The position numbers were made by a program, and so were the translations under genes. Shown here in pieces: positions 25,201-39,268 of a DNA stretch of 63,209 nucleotides (positions are counted from its first letter, which is position 1; every line of letters starts with the position of its first letter). The notes beneath the pieces are model-generated. The model saw only the letters and a program-made list of their open reading frames with translations, ran no database searches and had not been told where the DNA came from. This stretch comes from Hyphochytrium catenoides (taxonomy: Eukaryota > Protista > Hyphochytriomycota): contig FLMG01000334.1 in NCBI GenBank assembly GCA_900088475.1, positions 1 to 63,209 on the forward strand, read 5' to 3'.

Positions 25201-28200
25201 GTTTATGGGGATCTACCTCGGTACTGCAAGGCCAGCGAACTCCATAGCTTCAGCGTTTGTCTGCTGTGGTTGATCTTCCGCCAGTTGTACTGCACAAAAG
25301 AAAGAGAGAAGGCCGGCCACGGAGCCAATACAACGGAGGTTCATAGACTTGAGAACACATTCTAATCACGGTAGGAAGCGGGCGCATACATCAATCACAG
25401 TTGTGGCTAGGGCTACTGCAGAAGGTGCGGTACGGCCCTTCTTAGTGGAGGATTGGAGAAAAAGTTCTCTAACAACCCTTGAACTGAAGACGCCAGTCAA
25501 CTCGGAAGAGAATGGAGGTACCTGGATTGTGTATGCCGCAAACCATCTTCTTCTTCTCTCTTCTAGACCCTTCCTACATCTCCAGCCCCTAAAGATGCTC
25601 TGGACTCTTACTGCAGCGGGCTCCTCTTTTTCTTCTCTCTCTCTTTCTCTATTCAGTCTTCGAAAGAAGCGGCGAGCGAGGAAGCCTCTGCCCAAGGCCT
25701 GCACACGAGTAGCGCATTCTGCCCGATGAACGCTCTATGGCGGACAGTTGAGGAACACATGGAGCGACGTGAGCCTCATAGATCTAAGGCTCCAAAGAAA
25801 AGAGAGAAGTTCCTCATGCACTTCAAGGCGTTTGATAAGTCATCGTCAGAGGTCAACAGGAAGGGGAAGGCTGCAAGGGGAAGAAGATGAGAGAAGCAGT
25901 CCACCCAAACAGTGGGAGCCAAATAATAAGTAGAGGTGGCATATTCGTACCGCGTGATACCGTCTGAGGTGTTGGCGCTGGATGAGCCCTCTCGCACATG
26001 CCTGAATCTTGGTGGCTGCTTTCTTTCTCTGCTCCAACTCTCGAAGCATACAGCGGCACTGGTAGCCACGATAGATTCTTAAGACAAAAGAAGGTTGCGA
26101 AAGAGAAGAAGAACTATTAGTTGGAAGGGTCACACGAAGAGGTGGATACAATGGAGCCATACCGCTGTATACAAGTAGCCGCAGGCTGTATTACTGTCCG
26201 CACCCATTTCTCTTCCCGTCTTTTCTTTGCCTCTCTTCTTCCTATCGTTCCCCTCCAGACGCGTTGTATGGTGGTTGCTGATGGGATCAGCACTCTCTCA
26301 AGGTGAAGTCGAGCACGCTTTGCCTTCGCTCTCTGTAACCATACAGACGCAGGGAGAGACGAGAGATAAAGAGAAAAGAATGACGACAGCATAGAAGCGG
26401 CAGCGACCGTAAGGAGATGATTGAATACACAAGCAGCGCAAAGCGAAGAGGAAAGAAGGGTATCGATGCGCCTAAGAATCCGTTTATCAGGATTCCGTAG
26501 TGCCAGAAAGTCATTTGCTGCTAGAAGGCAGAACAGCCCCTGTGGGATCCACACCCTCATTTGCCTCTAACAAGGTCAAAGGTTCTATTTTGTCCTTATC
26601 AGCAATTCCATGATTCTCTCAAGTCCATTCGTGCTATTGGTCTGGTGAACCAGAGGATCACTGTGTCCCAATTCCTTGCTGTTCTCTCGCTCTTAAGATA
26701 TCCCTTTTTTTGCCGACTTTACTCTGTATTGCTCCCCGTCGCTCGGAGATACTGAAAGAGCTTTGTATCCCCCGACTTGTTCCTTACTTCTCTATTATCG
26801 CTTCTTCATAAACTTCTTCTTCTGCTGACCACATACCTCTCGCCCTCGATGTCCCCTATACACTCTCTGGATATCCAGCGCTTTAGTGTTAAACCGCTTG
26901 ACGAAGGCCGCCCTCTTCCTTCCTCGGTGCCCACGGTAGATTCTTTGTATCTCTCGTGCTGCCGTTTGGTATTCTACACGCATCACCAAGTACTAGAAGA
27001 CGTTAGGTGAGCACATGGGGATTGGTTCGATGGCAGAAGGGAAAGCCTAGGATGAAAAGCTGAGAGAGACTAAACGAGGCGGTTTAAGACATCCTCGAGA
27101 ATGCTATTGAACAGAAAAAAGGAATTTCGTCTTAAGGAAGCTAAGAAGATTGGCTCAGCTTGACAGCTAGTGCGAGCTGGGACCACAAGAAAGGCTACTA
27201 AAGGCCAATGGGATGGCACGTGATGGTCGCAGCTTCATCGAAAAGAGAAAAGAATTCTGGAGACATGTGATGTCTCTTAACAAGTCAAGTTCTTCCTTTA
27301 CCCGCTTCCTTTCCCTGTAGCCCTTAAAGGTCGCCTGCACTCTCAGTGAAGCCAGGTTGGCGATCCTCCTGTACTCGGCTACAAAAGCTCTGGCAACATG
27401 ACCGCGATAGACTCGAGAGATGTGCAAAGCCGAAAGATGACGGCGATTTAGCCATCTAAGAGCCTTGTACTAATAGCGCAGATTAATGGGCAGAAGCAGA
27501 AGAGCAAAACATAGAGAGATCAGAAGCATTCAACGCAGAAGAGTTGCTCTATCTCCCCAGAGTGTACTCGACGTAGCCTCTCCTCAAACTCTGGTACACA
27601 CTCTATATTCACACTGGGGACAGCTGCAACATCCTGCTTGTTAAGTCTCTCTCACAAAGGGTACTGCTTAACTGCGTTAGTCCTCTCACCTGGATGTTTA
27701 AACGGAAAATACGCTGCAGCTTGGTAGCTGCTTGCACGAGTTCCCTGTGATGCCGAAGGAGAGAAGATACCTCGGCACTCCCTTCGCCTTCTCTCGAGGT
27801 GTTCAGTCTGAAGGGACGGGTAGGGGTGTCACATAGCGTAGGGTCCCATAAGGTTTAGCACAAGCCCTTCAAGGGATCCCAACGGCAGATAAAAACCCGC
27901 AACGAGGTCATACTTTTAAGCGCAACAGCATTTGCATCAACCAACAAAGCCACAATCCAATAGCACGACAAAGAGAGACGACAAGCTCAGGACCCTGGTA
28001 AGTGTGCTCAAGAAGACTTACCTTTGCGTCAGAGGGTTGTAGGAAGTGGAACTCTCTTCTTCCTCTGCTTTTTCTTGCTTTTTAGCCTGATGGAAAACCT
28101 CATCCACGAATAGTTTCTTTGCCTCATCACTGAGTCCGTGGTAAAAATGTGCGAGCGATAGTGGAGAGGCATGAGACGGTGACGACGAGAGGGCATTTCC

Positions 28201-29401
28201 TAGCCTTAACAGCGGCAGCGTGATGGCGGCTAACCGTCGGTACACGGAGGAAATGGCGGGTTTAGGGTGAGGCCACGGCTGTTATGCTATGAGATCAACT
28301 GGAGCGTTCCTACCCTTCTCACTTCTTTCCTTCTCTCGCATCTTCGCCTTCTCGTCTTCTTGAAAGAGGTGGTGAAAGTCTGATGGAGAGATAAAGGCGG
28401 CAGGGTCGATACCAATGGCAGTAGGCGACAGGCTCGGGCCCACTTTCTGGTCCATCGGAGGAGGATACTTCCCTGGTGGTGGAAGAGTGGTTGCCCAAAC
28501 CAAAACTTGTGTCAGAGTGGGCCAGAAGATCAATCGAAGGGCAGAGGGTACGGAAAGGACTCGGTGGAATACATGGAAAGAGGATGGAGCAGCATTTGGA
28601 AAATCGTGGAAAGATCTTTCCTCATGACAATAGATAGAGCTGCTCTGGGGCTGAGAGCCAAAGGAGTCACTTTCGAAGTCGACACCATCAGCTGATCACT
28701 AAAAAAGTTTCGCTGACGGACCCTCTTAAAGCGCAGGATGGGGAGAACGGCCAATAAGAAGTTGCAATGATATCAATCTCTGAGATGGTAACAGTTACCT
28801 GGATCCCACTGAGACGGCGTTTTACCAATAACCACAAAGTGGTGAGGAAGACTGCGAAGATGAGGAAGCTGACGTGTGCAAGCACCCAGAGTGGAGAAGT
28901 AGCGCCAGCGAGAATTAGAAGCAAGGACTGTTGCTGTTCTTCCATCTTGGTGGTACTTCTCCAATAATATCTGGGTTTGAGTGAAGGCGGTAGAGGACGA
29001 GCTCAGCAACACATATATCGGAAGATGGGAGAGACGGTGTTCAGCGCCATCCGCAGTAAAAAAACACTCATCAGCTAAATCAAGAGTGACGTGAGGTGCC
29101 CTAAGTAGTCTTTGATTTGCAGGCGAAAGAGGAAAGTGCCAGATGGCTCTACTAAGACGCAGGATAGTGTTCTCACCTCATACACTACACTCAACCTCTC
29201 AAACAAAGTCTTTCCCTTGAATCCTTCCCAGACGACGGTAAACTCAAGAACACTCTCAAGTGCCCCTGGTCCATCCGCTTTGAGCTTCCTATGGATAGGA
29301 TCCGACGAGTCACGAGAGGAGACAGCCGTCTGCAGAGCTTTAAGGGCCGCAGACTCTGACGAGAGATTCTCTACAAACCAGGTGGTGAGTATATGGACCA
29401 T
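22272..29401 (-). CDS. Large multi-exon protein: N-terminal BolA-like domain, many IQ calmodulin-binding motifs, coiled coil, C-terminal CxxC-x4-CxC
   Basis: IQ motifs IQRIYRGHRGR, IQRVYRGHRGR, IQRVWRGTIGR, IQACARG, VQALGRGFLAR and VQSIFRGWRCR. The 5' exons join the IQ region with compatible phases. The last exon reads ...VCWTCGKVRCTC...KIKKLL* (TAG at 22272). Middle exons are only partly traced. Confidence 0.75.
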
Positions 29402-29949
29402 TTAGCAAGCGACATAGCTCTTAAGAGTGAAGGAAAAATGATTTACAATGGTTTACAAAGAGGCGGCAGAAGATAACAAAGTCGAAGTGCCAAGCAAGAG
29501 ATGGCGACAGAGGCACAGAAGGACCCTGGAGACGAATGATATAAAGCAGGAGGACCTAGAACAATAACAAGCAAAGCCTCATCAACACGAGTGCTCACCC
29601 AGCTTTTGAATCCTCGGCTTCCAGTCCCCTCCCTTCTTATCTGGGGCCCATTTGTACAACTTTGCTTCCCACCTCGCTCGACCAGCCCTCTCTACCTTCC
29701 GATACCAAAAGCGCTTGGCACCAAGAAGCTGCCGGTTGCGATACCAATAACTAAGATAATGACGAAGTTCATGCAACAGTGGACACGGGAGAAAGCGGAT
29801 AAGCGCTTTGAAGGAGGAAGGCAAGGCCAGTGGGGCCTTAGGGACTGGCAGGACCATACAGTGACAAGAGGGCCTGAAGCTTCCTGCGCAAGCTTTACCA
29901 GAGCACTTACTTGGCCACGCAGACGCATACGCTCTTTTCCCCATCGATT

Positions 29950-31522
29950 CTACACATCAAACGCACTAGCCATCTTCTCCTTTGGACTTTTCTCGCGGTG
30001 CTCTTTTATCGTTACCTGAGATTTCTACAGCTTACGAGTAAGAAGTGTAGCGAAGATGCTTCGAGCGACTCAGAGACGTCCTCTCTAAGAGATGGGCCGG
30101 TCGGAAGTTGTCGCCCCGTTTGGAGATCTGAGGAGACTGAGGAGAGAAGGTCAAGTGAGAACAGGAACTTTACCGATTTGAAGCTCAATCTCCAAAAGTA
30201 CACATTCATCAAGAGGCAGAAGAAGGTCGATTGCAAAGACGTTATGAGAGGAACCGTATAATTGACGAATTTGCCAAAGAAGTACGGCTGAACAAGAGAG
30301 ACACAGGAGGACTTCAGCGGGATAAGAGTGGGAATATGGAAGCACGGCTCACATTGTGACTTCCAATCGCAGGAGTCCGCTAAGGTACTTTGGTATGTGT
30401 TGGCCGTGGTTGGTCTGTTGAGACTTGTCCTTGATGAGGAATCACCGCTAGCTTGCTCTCGTCCATCGAACGGCTCTTCACAAGCGTTATTATTTGGGGA
30501 CGGAGAGAACAGTGCAGATGGCTTTCTGATGGCTGGAAGAGTCCTTTGAAATGCTCTTGACGATATAGGCTCGCTCTCTGGGAAAAACAAAAGTGTAAGC
30601 TAAAGAAGGGGGCAAAAGGATAGAACAGCGCTTGAAGAGGAGAAACGCCATATGATCCTCTGTAGATTGCACTGAACGAAGACGAAGCGCGCCCTGTCCG
30701 CTCACGGCTTGTATTGCCTACCTTTCGAGCTAGAGGGTCGGGAAGACGAAATGAGAAACTTCAATCGCCTGGCTCCCTGAGAAGGCGTCTTAATTAGAGC
30801 TAAAACCTCCTCAAGCCCCAAGCCCAATGTCGATTTGCCATTGACCTCAGTCAGAACAGAGTCTAGACGCAAAAGAGGAGAACAGGACGAGGAACCGTCA
30901 GAGAAAGATGTGAGTGTCCTCACAGGTTCATAAGGCGGAGTTGGTGAGGACATCGCCCGGTCATAGACGAAGCCAAACAGAGCGGAAGCTCTTCTCTCTG
31001 AGTGCTTCTATAAGAACGCGAAGAGCTGAGTCGACAAATATGTATGATTGAGGAACAGAAAGTGAGAGAAGAGCAGAGGGGCAGCTATGGACCAGGCGAC
31101 CAAGCGGAAAAGGGAAAAGGAGTCCTAACGATATCATGGTCTCAAGCAAGCAGAAGATACCAGTACCTTCTAGGAGAATGGCTCTGGGACTTTCACCATC
31201 TCCTATTCTGACCTCCGTCCTTTCAGAGACATGGAGCCTTCCTGATGAATCCTGGAGAACAAGGTACTTTCATTAGGAACACCACTTTTTGCGTGACAGA
31301 ATAAGAGAACGGAGACACAGGGGCTACCGAGTAGCATCTACGTTCTAGCCTTTTGAAGGGGCAAAAAGAAGGGAATAGCAGGCGCACGCCACTCACATCC
31401 CAGTAGAACTGGACGCCTAGCGGGCCTGAAGGCTCGAACTCTACCACCTGCTCGGGAAAGACAACCGACTGCTTGCTGGCGCGGCGCGCCGAGCCCTTCT
31501 TCCCTTGGTTCTCTACCTTCAT
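29950..31522 (-). CDS. Multi-exon protein with a PDZ-like domain
   Basis: VVEFEPSGPLGVQF and SVLTEVNGKSTLGLGLEEVLALIK...RRLKF resemble the start and end of a PDZ fold. Exon structure is only partly resolved; putative last exon VTIKEHREKSPKEKMASAFDV*. Confidence 0.5.
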
Positions 31523-31965
31523 CCTCCTCTCCTATCAGTCTACTTTCCTCCTCTCCTTCACTCCTTTCCTCATTTTTCCTGCTATTGCTCAGGCGTCGCA
31601 GTCAGACTCTTATCTGGCTACATAATACTTCTCTGGATGATTGTAACTCCTCGCAACAAGGCATCTGCGCGAAGTGCGTATCAATAGGGGAGCTGTCACG
31701 CCAGGCTCAGGGAGGCATATAACCGGATTGCCCCTAATCGTGCAGCTTAGTAAAGAGTTGGAAGAGCTATGACATAGAAGTGGTCGTGCGACTGAGAGCG
31801 GGAGCCAAAAGGTCTAGCGCACCAAAGGGTAGAGGAACACCCGAGGAAGTGTGTACAGCAAGAGAGAAAAACCCCAAGAAAGAAAGAGAGAAAGAGAGTG
31901 AGAGCGCATCTAAGAGAAAGCCGTGAAGAGAGGGAAGGAGCCATCGAACAGAGTCAAGGCACCAT

Positions 31966-31996
<31 letters not shown>

Positions 31997-33448
31997 AGGG
32001 GCGAGAGCAGGAGCAGCAGCACAAGTCGCGCAGGCGCTGCCGTCAGGAGCGCCAGGAAGAAGAATGCCGTTTCGGCCCGAAAATATGAAGTGAAAAAAAT
32101 GATTCGGAATATATTAGATACAAAAACATATCATTCTAGACTTGCCCAGGCTGTATGCCTCATATTTGATAGGGGACATGATCATGATAGTGCTGCCAGC
32201 TTTCTAGGCGGTTCTGATGTGGAGATGATGATGATGGTCGTCTACTAGGATCTACCACCGCGTGGTCTTGTTCAGCAAGAGACCAGTCCCGATGACTCAG
32301 GTTGCGAGCCTGTCTTCCAAAGGAAAGAAGGACACTTAGTAGGTTAAAGCAGGTTGGCCGCGCCTCCGTCATGGTATGTGCGCTGGTCTGCCCGGCAAAG
32401 GTGGTGTCGAGTAGTGGTTACCCCTGATAATGACCTGCCGACAACCTCAATGCCTAAGAAGAGGAGAAGCAGGCCGAGGTATCAACTCACGATGTTAGCC
32501 CAGAGGGAATCAGGGGCTTATAGATTGTAGTCTAATGTGGGCTCTAATGTGTGTGCGCTGTCGCGCTGTCGGGCGCTTGCAAAGGACACAAGGGTGGGTT
32601 TACCTCTGACCATCATATTCTAAGAGGCAGCCCGCTCAGTAACTAGTAGTGAGTTGGGAGGGTAGGCTAACCTAGTAAACATGTTCTTCTGGATCTCTTA
32701 TAGAAAGTGGTTTGGCCAAGAAGCTATGTAGAACTATGCTTGACACAGAGAAGCTATGTATACTGGCATCGAGCTCTGCTATTAGTTCTTCCCAAAAGTG
32801 TCATGCTGATTGGCATGGCGAGATGATGTCAAAGCGCATTGGCACAAGTCAGTATCCCGCCTTCATTGGCGCCCCAAAAGCCTCATTCCACTCTTATGTT
32901 TCTCAACATGAATCCAATGCTAGTAAATGCACCATTTGGAAGAAACCCTCTTCTTCTACCGTTGTCTACCGATCATATAGATTCAGAGACATGCCATTCC
33001 CTGGCATGTTCATAGCTCTCCAACGTTCTCCTCCTGCAACTGCATAGAGCGCCTCATCTGATTCGCTATAAAGAGGGCAGGGAAAACAAGGCTAGGGCAT
33101 ATGTCTTGGTCCCGCATCGATAGCTACTCTCAATTGTAAGATGATCAATCCAAGTGAACCCCCAGCAATAGGCGACGCACAACACCATCAAGTGAAGCTT
33201 CCCGTGATGGCGTGCCTGCTAAAGCCTCGGGTAGGTTCTGCCCCTCGATATCGAGCAGCGACAGTCTAACTAAAGATTGAGCCAAGTTGTTCCCCGAAAC
33301 CTCCTTCACCAAACGTCTAGGTTGTTTACTAAGGACTGAGTAGATTTATAGCAACCTGATTACCCTCGGCTTTCGAGGCGCTCCGCAGCTTTTGGGATTC
33401 CACTGGTGCTAGCATCTTTATTAGTTCCGCTCAAATGTAGGGTGTGAC

Positions 33449-34274
<826 letters not shown>

Positions 34275-35258
34275 GTTTGCTAGAAGAAAGAGATACCAGC
34301 TAACGAATCCCTTAGAGCGGCAGAAAGAAAGGAACTGGTCTGCAGATGCAGCAAGTTATTGCTCGAAGACGAAGCTCCAAACTTTGATCACCGCCTTCAG
34401 TCCGCGCCAATGGTGCCGCGCCGGGTTTCATAGTAATAGCTCTCTGCTGTTTGCGTATATAGGTAATACCAGTGACAATAATAGTACGTTTTGAGGTCTT
34501 GGTGGCCACCAAACCATTAAAAAAGCCTCTCCATCGTTCAGATTCGTATGGGGTCCTAGTCTTGAGGCCTAGATTCCTAATAATCTCGAGGGGTAAACAG
34601 ATAATGGTATCCACTATACTAGTTACTATACAAGGGATAACCGCAGCCCAATAATAAAGATAATCTGTCACTAGTGTTCCCCATACATTTTGGGCCGCTG
34701 CTGGGTGGGCGAGAGAGCGTTGCCATCGCAGATATCAGTACTCTATCTAGCTCTTCGATGGGTGGGGGATCCAAGTAGCTCTTGATCCTTTTCCTGATAA
34801 TGTTTGCACGAGATCCTGCAACCAACCCCACCGTCTCTTATTTCTGGCGTAGTGTTACCCACCCAGAGCACTTTTATCTCGCGAAGCATACCTAGTAGGT
34901 GTTATCCCTATCCACCATATTCTGTCTAGTAGAACCTCTCTCTCTGTCTGGCTCCCCTTCCGCTCTACCTCGCTTTTCTCCGTTTAGGTTGTTCTCAACC
35001 GCAAACTGCCTGTTTGAGAGAGAGAGACAAAATCTTTTGCTCTTTCTACCTCAGTTCTCTGTCTTTTACATTGGAAAGCCTTTCATCAGAGACAGGACTG
35101 AACTCGCTCTTCTCTCGGGTCTCAACCACCTGGCATCGACAAGAGATCTGAGCCTCTCAGTTTACATCTTACCTCACCTCTGAAGCTCCTCCATCCGACT
35201 GGAAGTGAGTTAGTAGAAAGTCGATAACGCTGCGGCTTGTACCAGAGAAGCGGATACA

Positions 35259-37283
35259 ATGGATAAAGCGTCGAAGAAGAATCTTGGCAAGCTCAAGGAG
35301 TGAGTTTAATCAACAGACGTGCGAATGAACTAGGGGCTCTCAGCGTGACGACACCTCTTTTTGTATTATTTTTGCTTGACAGCCAGCTTCTCCGGAACAA
35401 GAAGTGGGTGGCTGCGTGGGCGGCATTCTTCGTGCTCGTGCTGTTCGTCTACCACTTGCTCAGTGATGGCGATTTCTCTTTTCTGCTGGTACGCATATTT
35501 CATATGGAAGGCTAAAGTCATCGGCAACGCTGATACCGTTAATTTGGATCATATCGTAGACCTTTGGCTCAACGTGCCAGACCTTTGCTTTCTCACTACT
35601 GGTGTTCAAGATATTATCGCAGAAGCGGGTGAAGGGTAAGGATATTCAAGTGCTAGTCTTATGGCAAAGGATGACATGAAAAGGATGACACGGATATCTG
35701 CAGGAATCTCTCTCAAGACTCTGGAGCTCTATGCTCTTGTCTATGCCTTCCGCCTTTTCTCGATATTGCGTTTCCAGGGCTACCTTCCTTATGACAAGTA
35801 CGCGCTTCTATGCAACGCAACCTATCTGACCCATCGAGCCAAGTGACATTCTTCATTTTGGATGCTCCGTTACATTTTCCGTAAAGAGACTCCCGGTCGC
35901 TCGCTTCGTAGCGCTATTGCATCTCTTTACACGTATTCCGATACCTTTACCTCATCTCAACCTTGTTATACATGACCCTCTGCATCTTTCATTGATTTTA
36001 TGGTGAGAATCTCCCAATAAGTATTCGTACTGCCTACACCAGGAGCGGCGACTGGTTCTACCAGGTTGTCGAGATCACCTCTCTCGGGTTATGCTGCTTC
36101 AGCATCTGGCTGACAGCGGTCAAGTACAAACATGACTATGAGCAGAAGAATGACGTCTTCGGCGCTCTCTACGTCCCAACGGAGTTCGGCGTTGTCTATC
36201 TTATCGTACCCTGCGTCTTACTCGCCATGGTGAGTGAGAAATTCGTTTCTGGCTCCACGCCTGCATCTGTTGTTTTCTGCATCTCTCCGTGGCGAATGGT
36301 GTAGCCCATGTGCCATCATCTTTCTTACGTGCCACAATATCTACCTATTGACTGACGCGTGCTTGCAGCTGTTCCATCCTCGTCTGAACGACAACTTCTT
36401 GGCTGATGTGTCTTGGACTAGTGCCCAGTATCTTGAGGTTAGAATCATCAAAGATTATACTAACGAGACACATAACAACGTGAAAACGACGATTGGTTGA
36501 CTAATCTCTCTCTCTTTTTTGCTAATTTCACTTACGACTCTGTTACAGTCTGTCGCCATTGTTCCCCAGCTGTTCATGTTCACCAAGGGTGAGAGAGAAG
36601 TGGAAGACCTTATCTCTCATTGGGTTTACGCGCTTGGTTTCGGTCGCCTTCTGCACATGGTGAGAGCCACTCATCGACTAAAAAGTTTGCAGCGTAGAGA
36701 AGCGGCTAACCGTTCGTTCCACCCGCTGTCTCTCCATCCCGCTCTCTCTGACTCCCTTCTGTTCATCCGTAGTGGTTCTGGATGTCCTCCTTCCACGAGC
36801 TAGCTGACAAAGGAGCAGGGTATGTTAATGGAACAATCAGACTCTCTTCAGCGGATAAGGTTGTTCGCTCTAACGTTGTAATTCGTTCGTCTCACACATA
36901 TGCTTTCTTGGGATAGGAATGTCGTTGGCCTTTTGGTCATCTTTACTCAGCTTCTACACATGTTCATTATGGGAGACTTCTTCTATTACTATATCAAGAG
37001 GTATGTGAACGGCAGCTGTTCGTCAATGTCACTTCCCTCCCGTTCTTCGTGTTCTGCTGTATCGCTTCTTTCAAAAGAAACGTCTGCCACTCATGTTGTT
37101 CCTTCTCTTGAGGCCTCTCCAACGGTCCTCTCCTATGGCGCTGGGTCATTTTCATCTCTTTGGTCTCATGCTGTCAAGGCCTCTTCGCTTTCGTCTCTTT
37201 AAGCCTGATTCTCACTCACTTTGGCCTCCAGTTTGAGAAGCGGAGGCCCTATGATGCTCCCGACAAGCATCAATCGCGTTTAA
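35259..37283 (+). CDS. ER lumen protein-retaining receptor family protein (ERD2-related type with an extra N-terminal TM)
   Basis: Exons give YHLLSDGDFSFLL, GISLKTLELYALV, QGYLPYDKSGDWFYQ, FHPRLNDNFLADVSW...YLE-SVAIVPQLFMF and MGDFFYYYIKS...MMLPT. Confidence 0.92.
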
Positions 37284-37479
37284 GCCATGCCTCGGGCCTG
37301 CAGGTCCCGGAGTGCTTGGTCCTTGTGGACCTTAGTAGCTGCTAGTGCTAAGAATACTATTGTGGTCAATAAATACTTGGATAGACGGAATAAGTTCCTA
37401 TCTGCTATCTCCCTCAAACTCTCTCCCTTTAATTTTAAGGGATCCGTGGCTTAGGCGGCGATAGCTTCCACCTGTCTGT

Positions 37480-38529
37480 TCATCTTTGCTTCTCGCTCTG
37501 CTGCGCCGCGTTTATCCCCAGAGATGCATGCCAGCGAAGCACGTCTGGTCTGAAGAAGGAGATCCATCTCTAACAATACGGTAGTGCTTTTAGTACCTAG
37601 ATACGACAGTAGGACGCAAAAAGGAGTCTGCTACCTCAGTGACAGGGTTTACACCATAGGGAGTAAACCCGTACTGCCAGCCTCGAATGCCCCAGTGCGC
37701 GATCATGAGGTACACATAATCGCTTAAGCCTCCGCAAATAAAGCTCCACTGACCAGAGAGATCTAGCAGCCATACAGAGGTGCCTGTTGCGCCTGAAAGT
37801 GTTTGTTAGTATCGAATTCGTTTAGCAAGAGGACTCGCTGGTGACGGACATTTGCTTACGTCAAAGACGAGACAAACACGCCCAACCTCTGTGTTCTGGT
37901 CTATACAAATGGCTGTTAGTTTGGAGGAGAAGTCCGTAACGCTTCTGTTGGGATCGGTGGCGGTCTTTAGCGAATGTGAGGTTCTCCCCGGTATTTGCAC
38001 GAAGCGGTTCCCATCAATGGGCTCCAATAAGTGACCTGGTAGTCGATGGACCTGGGCGAGAGGTGCAACCCGTATGACGCCAACGAGGCTATCGTGACCT
38101 CCGATATTTATAAACGTCAAGAGGAGAGAGTATTGACAATGTAGGTTGTTAGAGGTAAACCGTGCGCCGTGTAATGCTCATGGTTATCACCTGTGTTGCC
38201 TGCGGTGGCACGCCACCGAAGGGAGAAACCATTACAAGTTCTATAAAAGGTGCGGAACTCCTCACAAACTTGATCGGGCCCTAGGCCCTGACGCTATCAT
38301 CAATAACATGCACACTTAGATAAGTCCATGCTGCGGACAGTTTGATCAATCGAACCTGTTCCCACAGCTTGATCTCAGCGTCAGTAACGCCTCCACCTTC
38401 TTGAAGGCTTATGTTTGATACTGCTGGGTGGTTGCGAATGTCATCGACCACGCGCAGAGTAGACTTGTCCAGAAGAAGAGTAAGCCGCTTGAATCTAGGA
38501 ATATCGGCCTCCTTGACAGCAAGCATCAT
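37480..38529 (-). CDS. TPGS2: Tubulin polyglutamylase complex subunit 2-like (SMI1/KNR4-like fold)
   Basis: EIKLWEQ...EEFRTFYRTCNGFSLRW, GRVCLVF and VWLLDLSGQWSFI...DYVYLMIAHWGIRGWQYGFTPYGVNP..RWISFF match the TPGS2 pattern. One intron has a phase conflict (see findings). Confidence 0.85.
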
Positions 38530-39268
38530 GTTGAGATTGTATTGGTAACCGCGATAATAAAGAAGGGAGGAGCGTAAACATGACAGCCGGACAACAACGC
38601 TTTGAGAGCCTTTTGACTCTGTTTGATTTGCGCGCACCAGCCTTCTTCTTCCGCGCGAAAAATCCGTTTTGTCAAGACACAAACGCCAAAGAATTTGCCT
38701 GATGAGAGGTTTGACCTTGAATTAACTGCAAGTCTATTTATTTACGTTCATACACACTTTTTGCCGCGGAATTTCGCTTCCATCATGATGAGGAGTCGTA
38801 AGAAGGCCTTACTGTAAAGTACGGAGTAAATAAATAGAAATAAAACATTCAAGATGAAGGCCTTATGCCGCAGTCCTGATTCAGACAATGATATTATACT
38901 GGCGCTATGAATATCAAAGGGAGAAGCAGCAGCTCTGAAAACATCTGCAGATGCCATTCACTTTTCCAGATTCAGTCGAGAGCAAATTCCATCCATTTCC
39001 AGATCTCTCTTGTAAATTGACGGAGAATGGGAACATTAGATTAGAAGTGAGGCAAAGTGAATACCCAGCCATCCTGGGATGAAGAAGAAGGCTATTATTA
39101 GTGTTACTGGCCACTGGAAGTGAAGACGCGACCATTCATCATGCCGTAGGATGATGTGGCGCTTGCGGCTAATAAATATGACACACATATAGTTGCTAGC
39201 TCCTCGAATGTGCTGAGCAAGACAACCCGGATAATGCAGATGATATAGGACGATGATGAGCAAATGCT

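Noticed and set aside
29714-29750. X-box-like motifs upstream of the IQ gene (and of TPGS2 near 38546)
   Set aside because: The matches are imperfect, and RFX regulation is established mainly in opisthokonts, which this does not appear to be.
32250-33400. ORF 32712-33047 and a short AGAAGCTATGTA repeat
   Set aside because: Non-ATG start, no recognisable motif and no splice support; treated as intergenic.
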